DNA of 64,000 nucleotides from the human T2T-CHM13v2.0 reference genome, Homo sapiens: assembly GCF_009914755.1 (NCBI RefSeq), contig NC_060928.1; one strand, written 5' to 3'. A program made the position numbers and the translations under genes. The first letter of the stretch is position 1. Every line of letters begins with the position of its first letter. Positions 17,063 through 32,092 of this stretch are shown in pieces. The notes under the pieces were generated by a model. It saw nothing but the letters and a program-made list of their open reading frames with translations, had not been told where the DNA came from and searched no databases.

Positions 17063-17469
17063 GATGGAGTCTTGCTCTGTTGCACAGGATGGAGAGCAAT
17101 CTCAGCTCACTGCAACCTCCGCCTCTCGGGTTCAAGCAATTCTCCTGCCTCAGCCTCCTGAGTAGCTGGGACTACAGGCGCCCGCCAGCACGCCCAGCTA
17201 ATTTTTTTTTTTTTTTTTGAGATGGGGTCTCACTCTGTCAGGCTGGAGTGCAGTGACGTGATCAAGGCTCACTGCAAGCTCCGCCTCCCGGGGTCAAGTG
17301 ATTCTCCTGCCTGAGCCTCCTGAGTAGCTGGGACTACAGGCGCCGCCACCACGCCCAGCTAATTTTTGTATTTTTAGTAGATACGGGGTTTCACCATGTT
17401 GGCCAGGCTGGTCTCTGCCTCAGCCTCCCAAAGTGCTGGGATTATAGGTATGAGCCACTGCGCCCGGCC
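17029..17469 (-). mobile_element. Composite Alu: left arm (internally deleted), right arm, poly-A, second right arm, (TAAA)n tail
   Basis: Two successive antisense right arms (17062-17200 and 17219-17360) and only one left arm. Confidence 0.9.
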
Positions 17470-18399
17470 TTATACATTTTTTTTCAGATGTGATTGTTTT
17501 TCCCTTGAGATAAAAGTTAAATGGAAGAATAGGTAACAAATTACTTCAATTCACACGAAAATAAGAGAAATTTGATCTTTCTTTTACCATATAAGCCCCT
17601 TAACCTTCTGCTATGCAATTTATTTCACTTACCCACTGCAGAAACATTATTCTTATCACTATTAATCACGTTATTTTTGGCCATAACCCGGACACTTCCT
17701 TCCCTTTCAACTTCTTGCTGCGTGTCCACACCCTCTTCTCTGTCACACTTAGCCAGCATTCTGTCAGTACCTGGCTCAGGGGCCTCTGCCCCAAGACTAA
17801 TTCCTGCCTGTCCTCTTGCTACTGAAACTATTCATTTGGTTTTGTGTTTTACAGCACTGATGCATAAGTTGTACATTTTTCTTTATTACTAGAAATAACT
17901 TCTATTATTTTTTGCATGTTTGTCTGATTTCTTGCAATAGATTATACATTGCAAAAATGTAGGAACCATTTCTTCTATCTCTCTTGAATTCTCCTAAGTG
18001 CACAATCAATTATGCATATGGTGAAGCCTAAAAGTGCTTGTTGAATATAGGCTGACTTTTGGCATTGGATGTAAATAGGGCAGTTATAGAAAGACATATT
18101 TGTTTTGAAGCCATTTCAAGAAACATATTTAATAGAAGTTTCTGGAATAATCCACATTCATTTAGAAAATATTATTCTTTGGCATAGACTTGAGAATAAA
18201 TAAAAAGAGATCGAAAGTCGAGGGAAAATAGAATTAAAATGACCTGGAAAATTGAATCTACAGCTTTTGACCAAGATGCTAAAGAAAATTAAAGTCCAAA
18301 ATACACGTATCTTAAAAATAGAAGGGAAAGTATAATAATCTGTTGGTAAAATGCAAAAACAAGAATAAAAACCCCAAACCCAAACTCTTGGAATATTCT

Positions 18400-18705
18400 T
18401 CCTGGGACTCCTGAAGACTGACATGTAAGAAGTCCAACTACAAGAATGCCCTTTGATGGGGTCCCATGTCAGCGTTTGGGTGGATTGTCCCACCTGAGCC
18501 CTGCCTTTCAGCCCTCTTGCTAAGTCCTCTGACAAGCAAACAGTACTGTGGTGGACCCTCCCAAGGAGGCCACACCTGCTGAAGATCCCAGGGCAATCCT
18601 GATCCACACCATGGGACAAGGATTGCTTTGTCAGGCCTTGTGCAAAATCCTGCTCACAATATTGTGAAAATAAAATGCTTGTAGTTTTAAGCCACTAAAC
18701 TATGA
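18400..18705 (+). mobile_element. Old MLT1 (G/H-like) LTR fragment
   Basis: acatgtaagaagtccaactac, cacctgagccctgcctttcagcc, aataaaatgcttgtagttttaagccactaaa. Confidence 0.55.
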
Positions 18706-19078
18706 GAAATAGTGGATATCAATTTAGCATAAGGTAGCAATGGAGTCCTTATATTAATAACAAACCATATTAAAAAGAATTTTATGATTGTTGCTGCATT
18801 ACAGTAAAGACTAGGATATGAATATGTGTGCATATATATATGCATCATACATATGCATTTTTATTTTGCAGAAAATATTTAAAATAGTGCATAAAATCAG
18901 AAACCCTTAGTTGAGTGATTTGCTGTTCACTGTATTAAAATCAGGCAGTGACAGTAATAGTGAAATAGCTGCAAACAGATAAAATCAGTGGATTGAACCT
19001 AGAAAAGAAAATCAGGAAAATGTTCATCAATGTTGACAAATAGGCACTGTGTGAAGGGGCTTTAGACTGATTCCCTAA

Positions 19079-19492
<414 letters not shown>

Positions 19493-20820
19493 TAATTACA
19501 CACCTCTCACACAGAGAACTAGAAATCCACTGGTCCTGGCTGTTTTCAGTGTGTTCTGAAAATCTTTTAAGAACTAAGGTTGTCAACTACATCTTTGGTT
19601 TCCCTGGGGCATTAGCTTTATCTAATATATATTAACTTTGTCCAAATTCAATGCTTCTTGTCATTACCTTGGGAATCTTATATCTTTATTCTGACGGACT
19701 CACCACTCCATGTGGTCATTTCTTCTTACTTGACAAAGTCTTTGCATTCATTTCTCATTTGGCTTGCAAGATAACAACTCTATTTTTGTTAGTTCAAAAC
19801 AATAAATATCACTACTACTATCAGCATTAATATTTAGTCATTTTTATTTTATATCATATTATCAATTAGATACTTGAATTTGAATGTGACAGCATGGAAG
19901 CGACAGCAAAGACCATATGTTCATATAGATGGCAAGCAAAGAACCAGAAAGATCATGTGACTTGTCATGTCAAAGATCAAACAATTATCATACTGGAAAG
20001 CATATTCTAATGTTTAATTTAATTTTTAAAATTTAAATTATAAAGTGCTTTCTACATTTATAATAGTACAGAAAAGAATATAAACAAATCAATTGCTGAG
20101 GTATTTAATAGGAGATAATTGTCAATTTGTTTCAGATCTCTACCTTTAAGGAGGAAAAAAAGAAAGAGAAAGAATACTCATTTTTCGGCTCAATATTGTT
20201 TTCATAACACACTGCTGACTGTCTCACAGCTTGGAATTATTGCTGATGTTTACTCTTGTAAAAGGTTAATAGTAAGTTTACTTCTTAAAGGGCTTTCATC
20301 TGTTAGCACATTTGATTATCCCCATATACTTGGGAGACAGGGCATCTATTACAATCTGTGTTTTATAAACCAATGAGGCATAAAAATGTTAACAGATTTG
20401 CCAAAGATGTCAAAGTGATTCAAAGAGAACCAGCCAACCTCTGACTGCCAACCTGCATGAGCCCTGCTGCGCCTGGCTGCGTAATTCATAGAGTCATAGC
20501 TTAATATCTGAATATGAGAACACTATCAGGAGAAACACGTTTTGAATCACAGTTACAACTCCAATTTTTAAAGAATTTAAATCAATCAATAATTCTCCAT
20601 CACGATAATTGCAAACTCATCTAGAAAATTGTAACATTCTCAGAGTGCGAAAAACTATTAAATGTTTATCTTAAACATAAGTTTATCCCTTTCTAAATCC
20701 ATTCACATAGTATCTTTATATAATCATTCCAATAATCCTACAAAGCAGGAATTTGTGAGTGATTCTTTTACCAACGAGAAAGTGGAATAGCTGAAAATTC
20801 ACGTTGATAGTGGCTTAAGT

Positions 20821-20992
20821 CAGTTGTCCCTGGTCTTGGCTGCACACTAGAATTATCTAGGGAGTGTCTAAAATTCTTAGGCTCTGCTCACATTGTATAC
20901 CAAAAATATCAGAATGTCTGGGAGTCAGTTCCAGGCATCACTGTTTTAAAGAGCCTCAGGTAATTCCGGATTTCCAGTTTGAGAAGCATTAA
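20821..20992. mobile_element. MER5A-like hAT-Charlie MITE within a MIR remnant
   Basis: cttggctgcacactagaattatctagggag ... tcagaatgtctggg ... caggtaattc ... agtttgagaagca. Confidence 0.65.
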
Positions 20993-22676
20993 CTTAAGCA
21001 GCTGCTACACTGCAGTTACTTGGTCCTCCTCGTCTAGTGTTTCTTCCTCTACAGAATGAAAGTGCATCACAGATGATCCTTTATCTTTCCTGCAGATATC
21101 AGCTATAAGCAATTAAGAAACTATTTTACATTTAAGAAACTCTTTGCCCCTAATTTGGATTATTCCGTTCATGTGCGGTTAGAAAGAGATCCTTATGGAA
21201 TGCAATCACTATGACATTTTTGACTCTATGTCAAATTGCAGGTGAGATGCCAAGGTAGCCACCTAAGGTGCTGGTCTTTAATAACTTCAGTTCTGGAAAT
21301 AGCTCACCTTGTTCATGGCTTATGAATTTATTTTTGTTATGACAAAGAACAGAAACTTCTCTCTTTTTAACTTGGATTTTAAATCAAATGAAGAAACTTG
21401 GGACTCCCTCTGTACTTAAAAGACGGAAATAGGAAACTTGTGAACCAAAATAATAAACCTTGCTTTATCTACAAGCCACACATGCCAATGGAGTCTCAGA
21501 TGAATCCCGGAGATCACAATACTTTCAGTTGCTGTGCTATGATGTGTCCTCGGAGGTACATCATTATCACCTGGGGCCCAGCTGGGGATTGCTTATTAAC
21601 ACTTTCCTGAGAAACCTCAGCTCATGTGGCTGTCTCATTCACAGATCATGAGGAGTGATTGGGAACCATGTAACCTGGACATTGTGTTCAAGAAACTGTA
21701 TCATCATCACTATCATACAAATATTCACACACTAGGAATTGCACAGCCCACTTTCAGAAACAGGGACACACCATGCTCCCTTAATCTGGAACAAGAAATT
21801 GCAAGATCTCTGCTCTAGGCCTTCACCTCCTCAGAGAATATGGGTTTAGAAATGAGAAGCTGCTGAATTTGAATACCTTTATTTTCTACTATTATTCAGG
21901 GTCTCTGGTAGTAAACAAAGAAGTTTTGAATCTATACTATGCATAACCCAATCTCTCAAGAAGCTTCCTAGATTGCAGTGGCTTGATAAGGAAGGTAATA
22001 TGTCGTACCAACACAAATAAATCATTTTTCTCTAAGCAATTCCAGAATAATTTGCCCAATTTTGCCACTTGACATCTTTTGGCTATTATATATTAGCAGG
22101 CTTCCCTTTTCTCATATTGCAAATATCATTAAAATCATCACGCACGTCATTGACCTTCTTATTTCTACATTGGAGAAGTCATTTAGATATAACTAGCACT
22201 GAATTAATTTGCTACTCAGACTAACAGTAAAGTTATTGAAAAGTGCTTTAAATGATTTAACAGTGCAAAGAAATGGATCCCCTAATTTTGATACCACAAA
22301 TCTTATGTATTTTAATCAATCTAATGTTTTCATGAGTCAAATATTCTTCAATAGGAGAAAATTTTAACTGGCATTCATAAATAATTGTATTATATAATGA
22401 AACTGCTTCCAATGTCTTCCCTGATACAAGCTCACTTCTCAAATACCAGTGTGTAGACAAATGTTGTACATAAATAATAATTAAGTTTAAAATAAAATCA
22501 AGGTTTTCTGCACGGTATTTAATGTTCATATCCTTTTCTATGCAACTCACTTTGCCACCTGGTCCTCAAATGCCCCATATTAAGTGGGCACACATATAAT
22601 GTTCAGAGAGCTTTGATTTTTCTCTGTTTTCATAGTGTTTAGTAAAAGACAAAATATATCTGATTTCAAAATGCTA

Positions 22677-23004
<328 letters not shown>

Positions 23005-23749
23005 ATATTACATTACAAGGCTACTATACTAATCTGTGATATCAACATTACTATCCTAATAAGCTGGTTTATAAACTAATTAATAATTTGGATTAAGATA
23101 GGATCACACATCTCCTTGCCTCACATTCCACAATATGACAAAAAAGATAAGTTTGAATATGGCAAATCCAGTGCAGAATGGGAAAACGATAAATAGTGTC
23201 ATTAAGGCACAGACATTTTATAGGGTCTTTGAAAGGTAGAAAATGCACAGGGATCAAATCTAGGTAGAAATAAAATCAGAAGAAATATGTATCTAAAACA
23301 AGTGCTGAGGAAAGCTATTTTTAAAGCTACTGCTGGTGTGTGGAGAAGCTTAAGGTCTAGAATCGATGGCTGAAAGAAGTGGGAAGGACCATGGGAAATG
23401 TATCTTGATTAAGTGGGAGCTAAATTGAGAGGAGCTAGGTCATCTGACTTACATGGAAAATTATTCAAGTGAGCACTGGTAAAAGCATTCACGCTAAGCA
23501 GCAAATAGTGGTGCAATTACCCTCTGGTTATAACGGAAATGCAGGAACTGGAGCAGAGATCAAGACAATTCCCCAGGTAATTGCTGGTCACAGAAAGGGC
23601 AGGATCTCTCCGGCACAGGACCCAAGTCTCATCTTCCAGTTACCAGTTTAGACTTAAGTAAACATAATAGAAGGATGTAAAGAAACTGTGAAACATGAAT
23701 ATGAGTAGACAACCCCAAATACACAACATTGGAAGAAAATCAACACCAC

Positions 23750-23880
23750 TGGAGGCGATGGATACTCCATATACCCTGATGTGATTATTATGCCTTATCA
23801 AAATATATCATGTACACCATAAATATATATACCTACTATGTACCCACAAAAATAAAAATTAAAAACAAAACAACAAAAAA
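23750..23880 (+). mobile_element. L1MA 3' terminus
   Basis: gatggatactccatataccctgatgtgattatt ... tacctactatgtacccacaaaaataaaaattaaaaa. Confidence 0.75.
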
Positions 23881-23929
23881 GCAAACCAATATCACAAAAA
23901 GTTGCCAATCTCAAGGACTAAGAAGGACT

Positions 23930-24310
23930 AAGATTCAGTGAAACACGTAAAGTCAATAGGGACTTGAGAAGAAGTGTCAGTAAGTGGTGTGTGTCTTCAG
24001 GGATATACAACAGGATACGTTCCTCATAATGAAGAAGCCATCACGTGATTTGGAAATTAAAATCTTTATTTTTTAAAGCTCAACAGATGCAGTAAATACC
24101 AGAATGGACAATCTGGAAAAGAAGATTAGTCAGCCAAAATGATTACATTTAAGAATTTTATTAGGTAAAAGGTGAAAGAAAAGAGGCACGTAAGTGATAA
24201 AGGACATAAAAGCTATATCCAGAAAGCTAACAATCTCTCTAATTGAACTTTGGGAAAGGAACATTGAAAGAATATGGGGGATGTGCAGGAAAAATAAGAG
24301 AAAGAAATAC
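23930..24310 (+). mobile_element. Old L1 ORF1-region fragment
   Basis: ctcaacagatgcagtaaataccagaatggacaatctggaaaagaagattagt; A-rich. Confidence 0.45.
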
Positions 24311-26199
24311 AGAATCCAAGTCCTTTGCTTTTTTCCTTTTAGTTCATTCTGAAAATTATCTTCTCTATATTAACATCTTCAGCATAGTTTGAAAACTTCA
24401 AATAATATTTATTTATACTCCTGATTGTTCTAGTTTTATAAAACAGTATAATGAACACAGTGGTAAAGCTGATATTTAGTTAAATTTCAGCAGTTTTATC
24501 TGCCTTCAGTTGACACTGTTATCTTGGTCTCAAAGGGCTGAATGTAGAATAATAGGCTGTCTTTAGCCAACACAGAGATTTTCATAAATTTCTCCAAATA
24601 TAATCACAAACTTAAGATTCCAGGCAGATAAAATTATGATGGAAGGAAAAGAATAACTGGGAGTCCATCAATCAAACATAACCAATGTGCTGAGTAGAGA
24701 AATTTACATGCTACAAGGAGTGAAGACATTCATATCTTAACAAACACTTCTCTTTCTGCATCACGTAGTCTCATATTTTCATAAAATTAACAAATTAGCT
24801 TTTGCCCAAGGTAGGCAAGCTTTCTTTAAGACTCTTGAACCTGTTGTAAATATTTGTAAATAATAGGTCTCAATTTGTTTGTCCTGTGTCAATGATAAGT
24901 AACTTGTTATGCTTTCTTCTTATTACTGAAATCATGCTTAATATTTGATAGACTCTATCTATGGCAAATACTCCATATGGCAGCAAAGATCCATTCCTTC
25001 ATTTGTGTTGTTAAGACTGGAAATGCCATTTCAAGTGTACGCACTAAGGTTTATAGCACAATAAAGATTTATTAAAACCACTCCACAGAGCCACGTTGTA
25101 CAGAATTTATGAACTGTAAAACTGCTATAAAGGTCACTTGAGATGCAAAAGTTTAATTTGGAATATCAGGTTATGGTACAGAATTGCTGCATTCAATGCT
25201 TGTTAATATAAATGGTTTAAAGATATTTGTCTCAGTCTGTGAAGTTTATGAACTTCAACAAAAATAATTTCATATTTTATAATATTTTACATAGATTTGA
25301 TTTCTTTAAAGTTTTTCTACAAATCCATAACTCATCTCATCTGTAAAATAGTGAGGAAAATAGATACAAATTGGATCTTACTTTCAAAATTCACTGTTGT
25401 TTCATAGAGCATATTCCTTATCATTACTTAACCAACTTCTGACATTTACCATTTCATACCATTATTCATTCATTGCTTTTCTGATACCAAGAGCCTAAGG
25501 AATGGATAGCTTTTCAAGAGATATCACAAAAATGAACAAGATATTGAGCATTTATAACAGGAACATTGGGGAAGGCATTGCTAAAAGAGATTATGAATTA
25601 TAATAGTGTCTGAATGTGTGATATTATATTTGTATATAGACAGATACATATAAAGTTACATCAACTCAAGTGAATACAATCTAAGAAAAGATTAATTATA
25701 GACAATTATAATTCTGTAGTAGGATGAATATCATACAATAAAAGTGTAATAAGATGCAAAGACAACATAAACAATAGGGAGCATTTTCAAAGTACGTCTT
25801 CCAGCAATTTTTTTGTTGTAAAACAGTATAAACTGATTTTTCTATGTTTTGTTATGCATAAGAACCAATACTTTTTTATCAAAGATCAAGAATGTAGAAG
25901 CAGAATATTATGGAATGTATGTGAAACTTCTGAATAGCACCAGAACACGGCATAGCCATTCCCATGGCATTTACGTTGTAAATGTTAAACTATAAAATAT
26001 TGTGCTCATCTCTCTATCAACTAAAACATTTGAAAATCATGGTTTCTTTTAATGTTAACCACAAAAGGATCATGGTATCATGTAATTCTATTCCTCCATT
26101 TTTTTATATAAGGATGGTAGAGATGTCCCCAAAATGTACAGGACTAGAATTTTCTGCCCACCATGAAAAAGGTATAGCTAACATGCTCTGCATACTTAC

Positions 26200-26420
26200 G
26201 ATTTACTGAGCATTTTATTAAATAATTCTTTGGAATTTTTCTCTTTCAACAACACTTTGTCAGAGATGATATTATTATTCATATCTTCAAGATGAGAAAA
26301 ACTGAATCTTGGGGGTTTAAGTAATCTGCATAAGGTGACACAGGCACACAATAGTGGAGCTGACACTCAAACCCTTGAATGAACCACAAAGCTTATGTTC
26401 TTAATAATCCATTATCCTCT
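26200..26420 (-). mobile_element. MIR
   Basis: agatgagaaaactgaa...tttaagtaatctgcataaggtgacacag...agtggagctgacactcaaaccc. Confidence 0.7.
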
Positions 26421-26780
26421 ATTTTACTGCTTTCATGCTAGGACCAATTAGAGCAGCCCATGAGGATAGGCAAAACAATCACAGGTTATTATGGAAAATA
26501 TAAACATTTCAACCGGAGAATTTTCTGTTCCCAAATATTCCAGACATGTGTCTACCTGAAGTTGTAGATCATGTACAAAAGAATGACAGAGTTCAGTTCA
26601 TTCCTCCAGTTCTAGTGTTCACTGCACATAGTCTCCCTCTCACACAGCCCAGTGCACACAAACAGTGTCTTCATGCTTTAGTAGATCTCTCTTTCTTTGG
26701 TTTCCTATTCCAGGATCATGTTTCTCCATCAAACACAACCAACCCAACAAACAATACTTACCTTTCTGTTTGGAGAAACC

Positions 26781-27215
26781 CAGAATATACATATTATATA
26801 TTAATATATATATAATTAATAATATTATATAATTAATTATATATATTATAATTAATAATATATAATTAATAATACATATTATAATTAATAATATATAATT
26901 AATAATATATATTATAATTAATAATATATATAATATTATATAATATATAATATATATAATATAATTATATATAATGTATATTCTGAGTGTGTATACATAT
27001 GTGTGTGTATGTGTAGATAGATAATTATATAATTATATTATATATATTATTATATAATATAATTATATAATATTTAATATATATAATATATAATATATAT
27101 AAAATATTATATATTATATGTATAATATATTATATAATATATTATACATATAATATGTATATTCTGAGTGTGTATACATATATGTGTGTGTGTGTATGTG
27201 TAGATAGATAGATAC
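26781..27215. repeat. AT-rich low-complexity tract with internal duplication and inverted ends
   Basis: Nearly pure A/T blocks; atgtatattctgagtgtgtatacatat occurs twice (about 26974 and 27155). Confidence 0.9.
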
Positions 27216-29229
27216 ACTAAGAGGTCTATGATTCATGTCACAAACCCATCAGGGTCATATGTTGCTTCTAGAGAATGTGCTGTACACTACATCATTATGG
27301 GTCTCAATTTATCCCTACCTATACCCCACATTACCACTCTCTTTGAAATCTGATCCCATCTAATATTAGTACTCATTTCTGGAAGATATTTTTTGCTCCT
27401 CTTTGAACTGTAAAATTTCATTAAATTTTTCTCGCTAAAGTGTAAAACAATATCCATAGACATTTGTAAATGGAGTACATTTTTGTGCCCTCTTTGTATG
27501 CTCATTTTCACTGACCTTGCCTGCAGTATAGAGCTGTATAATGATACACCAAAATGAGTGAAGATAAGACAGTTAAATTAGGAAGATTAAGATTATCTGA
27601 GACAGATCATCTCTGTAATTTAAATGATGAGCTTTAAAAAACTCTAGACAGAGGGTAGAATTGTTAGCAGTTAGTACACTTGCTCTGATTCAAGGAAATA
27701 AGTTTAACTCAAATATTCATAAATCAGAGTGGAGTTAAAGGGTTGTGGCATAAAAGCAGGGTGACATAGGAGAACTAACCCAATCACGGCCACGAGAAGA
27801 AGTTCTTCTCTAGCTTCTACCAAGTAATACTTCATCCTCATCCTAGACAGACGGGTATCCAGGCTATGCTAGCTGTATTGCTTTTATCATATACAATTAG
27901 TAGTGTGTATAGAACTTTACTTATGACATACTGTAAAGGTAACTATACTTATCCTCTAATTATAAATACATTTATTTTCAACTAGTCTTTAAGTTATATT
28001 TTTAAGGTTTGGATTTAAAAGTAAAACTTTAAAGTGTATTACAGTGAGGCACCAAATTTCCAGGAGCTAATTAATGATTTTGAAATGTGCCTGGTGTTGG
28101 CTGAGTCGACAGCAACACTCTATGGATGGGTGGTTTGTGGAGGAATTCTGACTTGAGAGTACAATAGCACTCAGCAATAAATCATATTAGTTTCAGTCAA
28201 CTCTAGAGGCAGAACAGACCTAAGAACATACACAGCATAGCAGCTCCTGAGTGCTGCTGGAGGCCCTCATGACAGAGACAGACCAGTGGGATTGTTTCAA
28301 GCAAATTCTAATCTGTTTCTATATCCTGTCTGTATGTCTGTATAAATAAGATATAGATATGTCACTATCAAATATATTTCTCAACACAAATTTCATGCTT
28401 TCTTCTGTTTTTAAAACAGAGCTGTTGTAACTATTTAATTTACATAACTTTAAAGCTTCTATGAAGCTATTATTGTGACTGAATACACAGGCAAAAGACA
28501 TAGTTGGCTCAAAAGAATCAAAATCCAATGGAAAAGAGTGTTTCTTAGACTATTCGTTTTAGATGAGAGTCTTAATTCATAATTTTACTGCAGAAATAAT
28601 TTGGTAGGTTTAAGAAAAATGATACTAAAGGTTACTTTCTATCAAGAACTATACAAAGCATAAAAATTATATTTGTTGACCTGAAATCACAGAAAGATTA
28701 ACAACCTAAAATTTCATATATAATACCATAATGTCTGCGCAATCCTGCAAACAGCTCTTTCCTCCTACCTGAGAGCAACTTGCCATACTGAGTGTCCAAT
28801 ACATTTTTTCAAGTGGTAAATTTATTTGTGTGTGTGTGCGTATGTACACAGGTGTGTTTATATAGTTTAGAAATAAAGTTTGCCTATATGGTAAACAATT
28901 TCTGCTAAGCCATATAGCTATGACCTATATTCATATTTTAAAAAAAACCCTTAGGAAAATAGAATACACAATTTGAACTTAGAGTGTTTATAGTTTCTCA
29001 TACTTTCAAAATTCTCAGCATGGCTTATAGGACATTGCAGATTTGGTTTCTGTCTTCTTTTCCAACCACATCTCCTAAAACTCATTGTCCTCCACCCTTC
29101 ATGCATTCTATACAGCTAAGTTACTTTTCAATTCCTTGAAAAGTGCCAAACACTTTCCTGCCTTAACTGTAGCACACATAGTATTGTTTGTGCTCTGAGT
29201 AATTTTCAAATATTTATAATATTCAGAAT

Positions 29230-31455
29230 ATTATATATATAATAAACAAGTTTGCTAATACGTGAGGGAATAGGACAATGTAAAGGATGACCAAAATGAT
29301 TTATAAAATAATCAACATAACCATTAGAAGTTAAATATACAATCAAAATTTTAAAATAAGAGGAAAGATTTAATAGCAGATATGACATAGTTCAAGAGAA
29401 ACTTAGTGAAGTGGAATAAGATATACAGAAATTATTCAGAATGCAGTGAAGAAAAACGAAAAGATGAAATGTAAAAGAGAGCTTAAGAAACATGGAAGAA
29501 TGTGTGAGAAGACCTAACATACATATAATTGGTGATCCTGTTGGAGAAGAAAAAGGAAGAGAGAAAGAATGGGGCTGAGGATATCTTTGAAATTATAGGG
29601 ACTAAAAATTTTCAGAAGAAATAAAAAAACACAAAGTTTAAACAGCTCCAATATGTACCCAGAAAGAGTTTAAAATATCAACACAAAAAGAGATCATAAT
29701 GAAGGAGTAAACAGAGAAAGAAAATATATTAAAATTAGCCAGAATTAGAAGATTGTTTCCATTCAAAGGAGCAAGAGTTAAACTAGAAGCTGGCATTTTA
29801 GCAGAAGTAACAGAAGTCTGAGAGATACCTTCATTGCATTGCAGAGAATAACCATTTACCCAGAGCCTTTACCAGGAACCAAGTGTCTCTCAAGAATGAA
29901 GTCAAAATAAAGACATTTGTCGGGAAAACAAACTGATAAAACTTATCAACTGCAAACTTTTTCTAAAGAATATTTTAAAAAATGTACTTCAGGCACAAGG
30001 AAAGTAAATCCATAAGGAAAATCTAACAAGAAAAAATGAAAAGCAAAGAAATTAATAGATATATTTTAAAAATTAGATTATAAACGATACAAACTACAAC
30101 AATAACATTTTGGGAGATTAGAAAAATGGAATTAAAGTATGTGTCAACAATAGCACATTCATTGAGAAAAGGTTGAATGAGTTAAATGCTCTCTATAGTT
30201 CAAAACAATAGAACAAATGTTCATTAAATTTAGATTTTGTAAAGTGAACAACCTACAATCATCAGTATAACACTAAAAGTCTGAAAAATGGAACAATTAA
30301 CTTCTAAACTTATAGAGGGAAAAAATGAAATGAGAAATAAAAATACCCAATTGTAATTGCAATATTAAAATAAAACACTTATTTTTGTAATAGGCACTGC
30401 TATAAGAGCTTTATCTACATTAACAAATGCAAGCCTCCACTGTCACAGTTTTAAAAATATATAAGGAATATTAAAAAGAAAGGCAAGATAGAAAAAAACA
30501 AAGCAACGATAAGTATGAAAAATAGAAATTAAAAGATAGTGAATAGAAATTCAAATATATCTGGAGCAACAAAACTGTAAATGCACTAAATGATTCAACT
30601 AAAAAACTAAGATTGTCAGACTATACTAAAGCACAAACAAGAAACTGTGTAATGCAAAATTGTACATTTTACCTGAGACATCTTAAATTAAAAGATACAG
30701 AAGGGATTTTACAAAAATAGAAAAATTTGTACTAGTAACATTTTTACTAAAACAGAAGTGGCAGAAATACATTATCAGGTAATATAGACTTTAAGAAAAA
30801 GGCTTGACAAAAATAAATATGACCATTTCACAATCCCAACATTTAATGTGCCAGTAAGGTGTATCAATTTAATGTGGAGCACTTAAAAACAAAGCTACAA
30901 ATGTGAAAAATTGAAAACTAAGAGCAGAATTAGTATGATGTACAGCAGGAAAAATTTGAGTAAAATTTTTGAGTGTTACATAAAATAGCCAAAAATCACT
31001 AAGAATATAAAAATTCACTAAGACTGTAGAAAGTTTGATAAACAAGACCAAAAAACTTGACTCAATATGTATAAAATATTGTGCAAAATAACTAAAAAAT
31101 ACACATCCTTTAAGCCCATGGGGAACATATAAAATTTGACTGTGGTGAACCATAAAGGAAGCCTCAATGATTTCAGTATTTGAAATCCTGCAGCTCCTAT
31201 TAAGCTCAAATCAATAACAAAAAGATCACTTAAAAAATCTGCGTCTGTCTGGAAGTTCAGAAGCATACTTTTACGTCACCCAGACAGTTTTTTAAAAATT
31301 ATCATTGAAATTAGATTACATTTGAATTAAGTAATAATTAAAATATAATTTGATGCTATTAAATTACAATAATCCTGCATATGTAATCTTATAGATGTGG
31401 CTAATGTAATTCACAAAGGAAAATGTTAAGCCGTTAGTGCTAATATTAGATCCCC
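29230..31455 (+). mobile_element. Old L1M: ORF1, inter-ORF and ORF2 endonuclease remnant
   Basis: gatttaatagcagatatgacatagttcaagagaaacttagtgaagtggaa (ORF1 coiled coil); aaatgcactaaatgattcaactaaaaaactaagattgtcagac (ORF2 start); aatatagactttaag. Confidence 0.8.
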
Positions 31456-31614
31456 ATAATATACTATATGTCAAACAGGCTCTCCTGGAGCTGCCTACAT
31501 TTTTTTCAACCCCTAAAATCACAAAAGTAGTTCCTAGAAAGTCATAAAAGTGACCTTAACATGCTAGCAATGACAATTCCATTTATGGATTGGATATTAT
31601 GTGCCATTCAACAA

Positions 31615-32092
31615 GTGTGGGGGAGATTGCTGTTTGTTCTACTAAATGTCTGTTCTTCCCTCTTGTCTTATTAATAGGACTCTAACTCTCTCTCTTTTTT
31701 TTTTTAGCAATAGGTTTTCAGTATAAAGACTCTATTTTCCACCATCCCTTGCCATATGTTTGGACCCTGTACTTAAGTTGAGGCCAATGGGTTGTGAAAG
31801 TATTGAGAAGGAGCTTGTGGAAAGCCTTAAAAAAGAAATCTCAGCTGGTGTGCACCCTCTGCATGTCTAAGTAATTCTGATTTAACTGCTGGAGCTGCTG
31901 TCTTGACCCATGGCCATGAAAGTTATTTCTAGGGACAGCAGAGTGCTGATCTGGAAGGAAACTGGGGCCTAGAAACTTTGAAGCCAGCATGCCCTGTACG
32001 CTTACATCTGTACTTTGTATAAGAGGGAAATAGGCTTCTGTCATAATTAAACAGGTATTTTTGGTTTTCTGTAAATGTAGTCAAATCTAATG
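31615..32092 (+). mobile_element. Old MLT1 (I/J-like) LTR
   Basis: tattttccaccatcccttgc, aggccaatggg, ggagctgctgtcttgacccatg, ggaaggaaactgggg. Confidence 0.55.
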
